Shown: positions 63,181 to 64,000 of the stretch, piece by piece
Position numbering within the stretch: position 1 is the stretch's first letter
How the letters are laid out: every line of letters starts with the position of its first letter
Assembly: GCF_009914755.1 (NCBI RefSeq)
Contig: NC_060925.1
DNA from: the human T2T-CHM13v2.0 reference genome, Homo sapiens
Length of the DNA stretch: 64,000 bases
Direction: 5' to 3' (one strand)
Made by a program: the position numbers and the translations under genes
Notes under the pieces: generated by a model
Seen by the model: the letters and a program-made list of their open reading frames with translations, nothing else
Database searches by the model: none
What the model was told of the DNA's origin: nothing

Positions 63181-63383
63181 TTGCTAGGCAACAGCTTCCA
63201 TGGACTTGTTCCAGGAACGAAGATTATTCTTGAAATGTCCACGTAGTGGATAAGACAGAGTCAATCAGTGTGTCCAGTGCTACAGGCTTGATTGGGTTCA
63301 ATCCTGTACTTGGGTCAAGGTGTTTGCCTACATTGCCTGTACTTCCTCCAAGACATTTCTGCCTCTGGGTTGTAACTGCCCGT

Positions 63384-63517
63384 GTACTTGTCTGTGTTCC
63401 CTAAGCCAGATCATAAGCTCTGAAGCTGAGGATGGTGGCTGTAGATGGCAGTACTTGTCTGTGTTCCCTGAGCCAGATCATAAGCTCTGAAGCTGAGGAT
63501 GGTGGCCGTAGATGACA
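63384..63517 (+). repeat. 67-bp tandem duplication (2 copies, 3 mismatches)
   Basis: GTACTTGTCTGTGTTCCCT...GTAGATG(G/A)CA at 63384-63450 and 63451-63517. Confidence 0.95.
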
Positions 63518-64000
63518 GGCCTGGATGCAGCCAGGTGCCTTGTGGATCAGCTTGCTTTTAGGTGGTGAAGGACTGACCATAGACAGTGGCCCTGGCATTC
63601 CAGGACACTGCATGGGGGAAAGTGGAGGGCCAGGTCCATCCCATCCCCTCTATAAGCTGGACAAAGCTGCTCCAGCATGTGGGTCCTCACATGAAAAAGG
63701 CCACATTGACATCCTTTGTCCTCCTGTAGAGGGAGTGAAACTGAGAGGCCTCAGCCTCAAGCAGGCACAGAACTTGAGACCTCTCGGCCAGAGTGTACAG
63801 ACATTGCACAAACCTTCCAAGTTCAGAGAAGACAAAAGCCCTGAGTAAATTACAGACAAAAAAGCCCCCAAATATACAGCACTGTGAATCCAGAAATGCC
63901 ACCTGACTTCAGGTCACAAGGAAGAAAAACTGATTTTGCCAGAAGTAGCCATTATTGCACAGCCCAGTTATAATCACAACTGACGTTAAAGTCAGGCCAG

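Overview
Human (or very close great-ape) genomic DNA from the TARDBP-MASP2-SRM locus (1p36.22). Three complete multi-exon genes can be reconstructed with GT-AG junctions. TARDBP (+, TDP-43, 414 aa, no substitutions recognised) has CDS 14986-23927 and a complex autoregulatory 3'UTR to about 26770. MASP2 (-, 686 aa, CDS 48769-28164) is convergent with it and includes the MAp19 alternative terminal exon. SRM (-, spermidine synthase, 302 aa) has CDS 61507-56429. The rest is extremely Alu-dense. It also holds a Y1 RNA retrocopy, a young AluYb8, a solo LTR8, LTR8A/B-like and MER21 fragments, Tigger3a, old L1/L2/MIR relics and a 3.7 kb (GGAT)-type array. Most ORFs in the supplied track are Alu or simple-repeat artefacts. 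I cannot demonstrate a new biological system. The best leads are (i) latent splice and poly(A) signals that could couple TARDBP and MASP2 (antisense read-through, a UG tract beside Alu splice sites in MASP2), (ii) different NMD geometry of short TDP-43 isoforms, and (iii) an Alu palindrome with an apparently inverted spacer.
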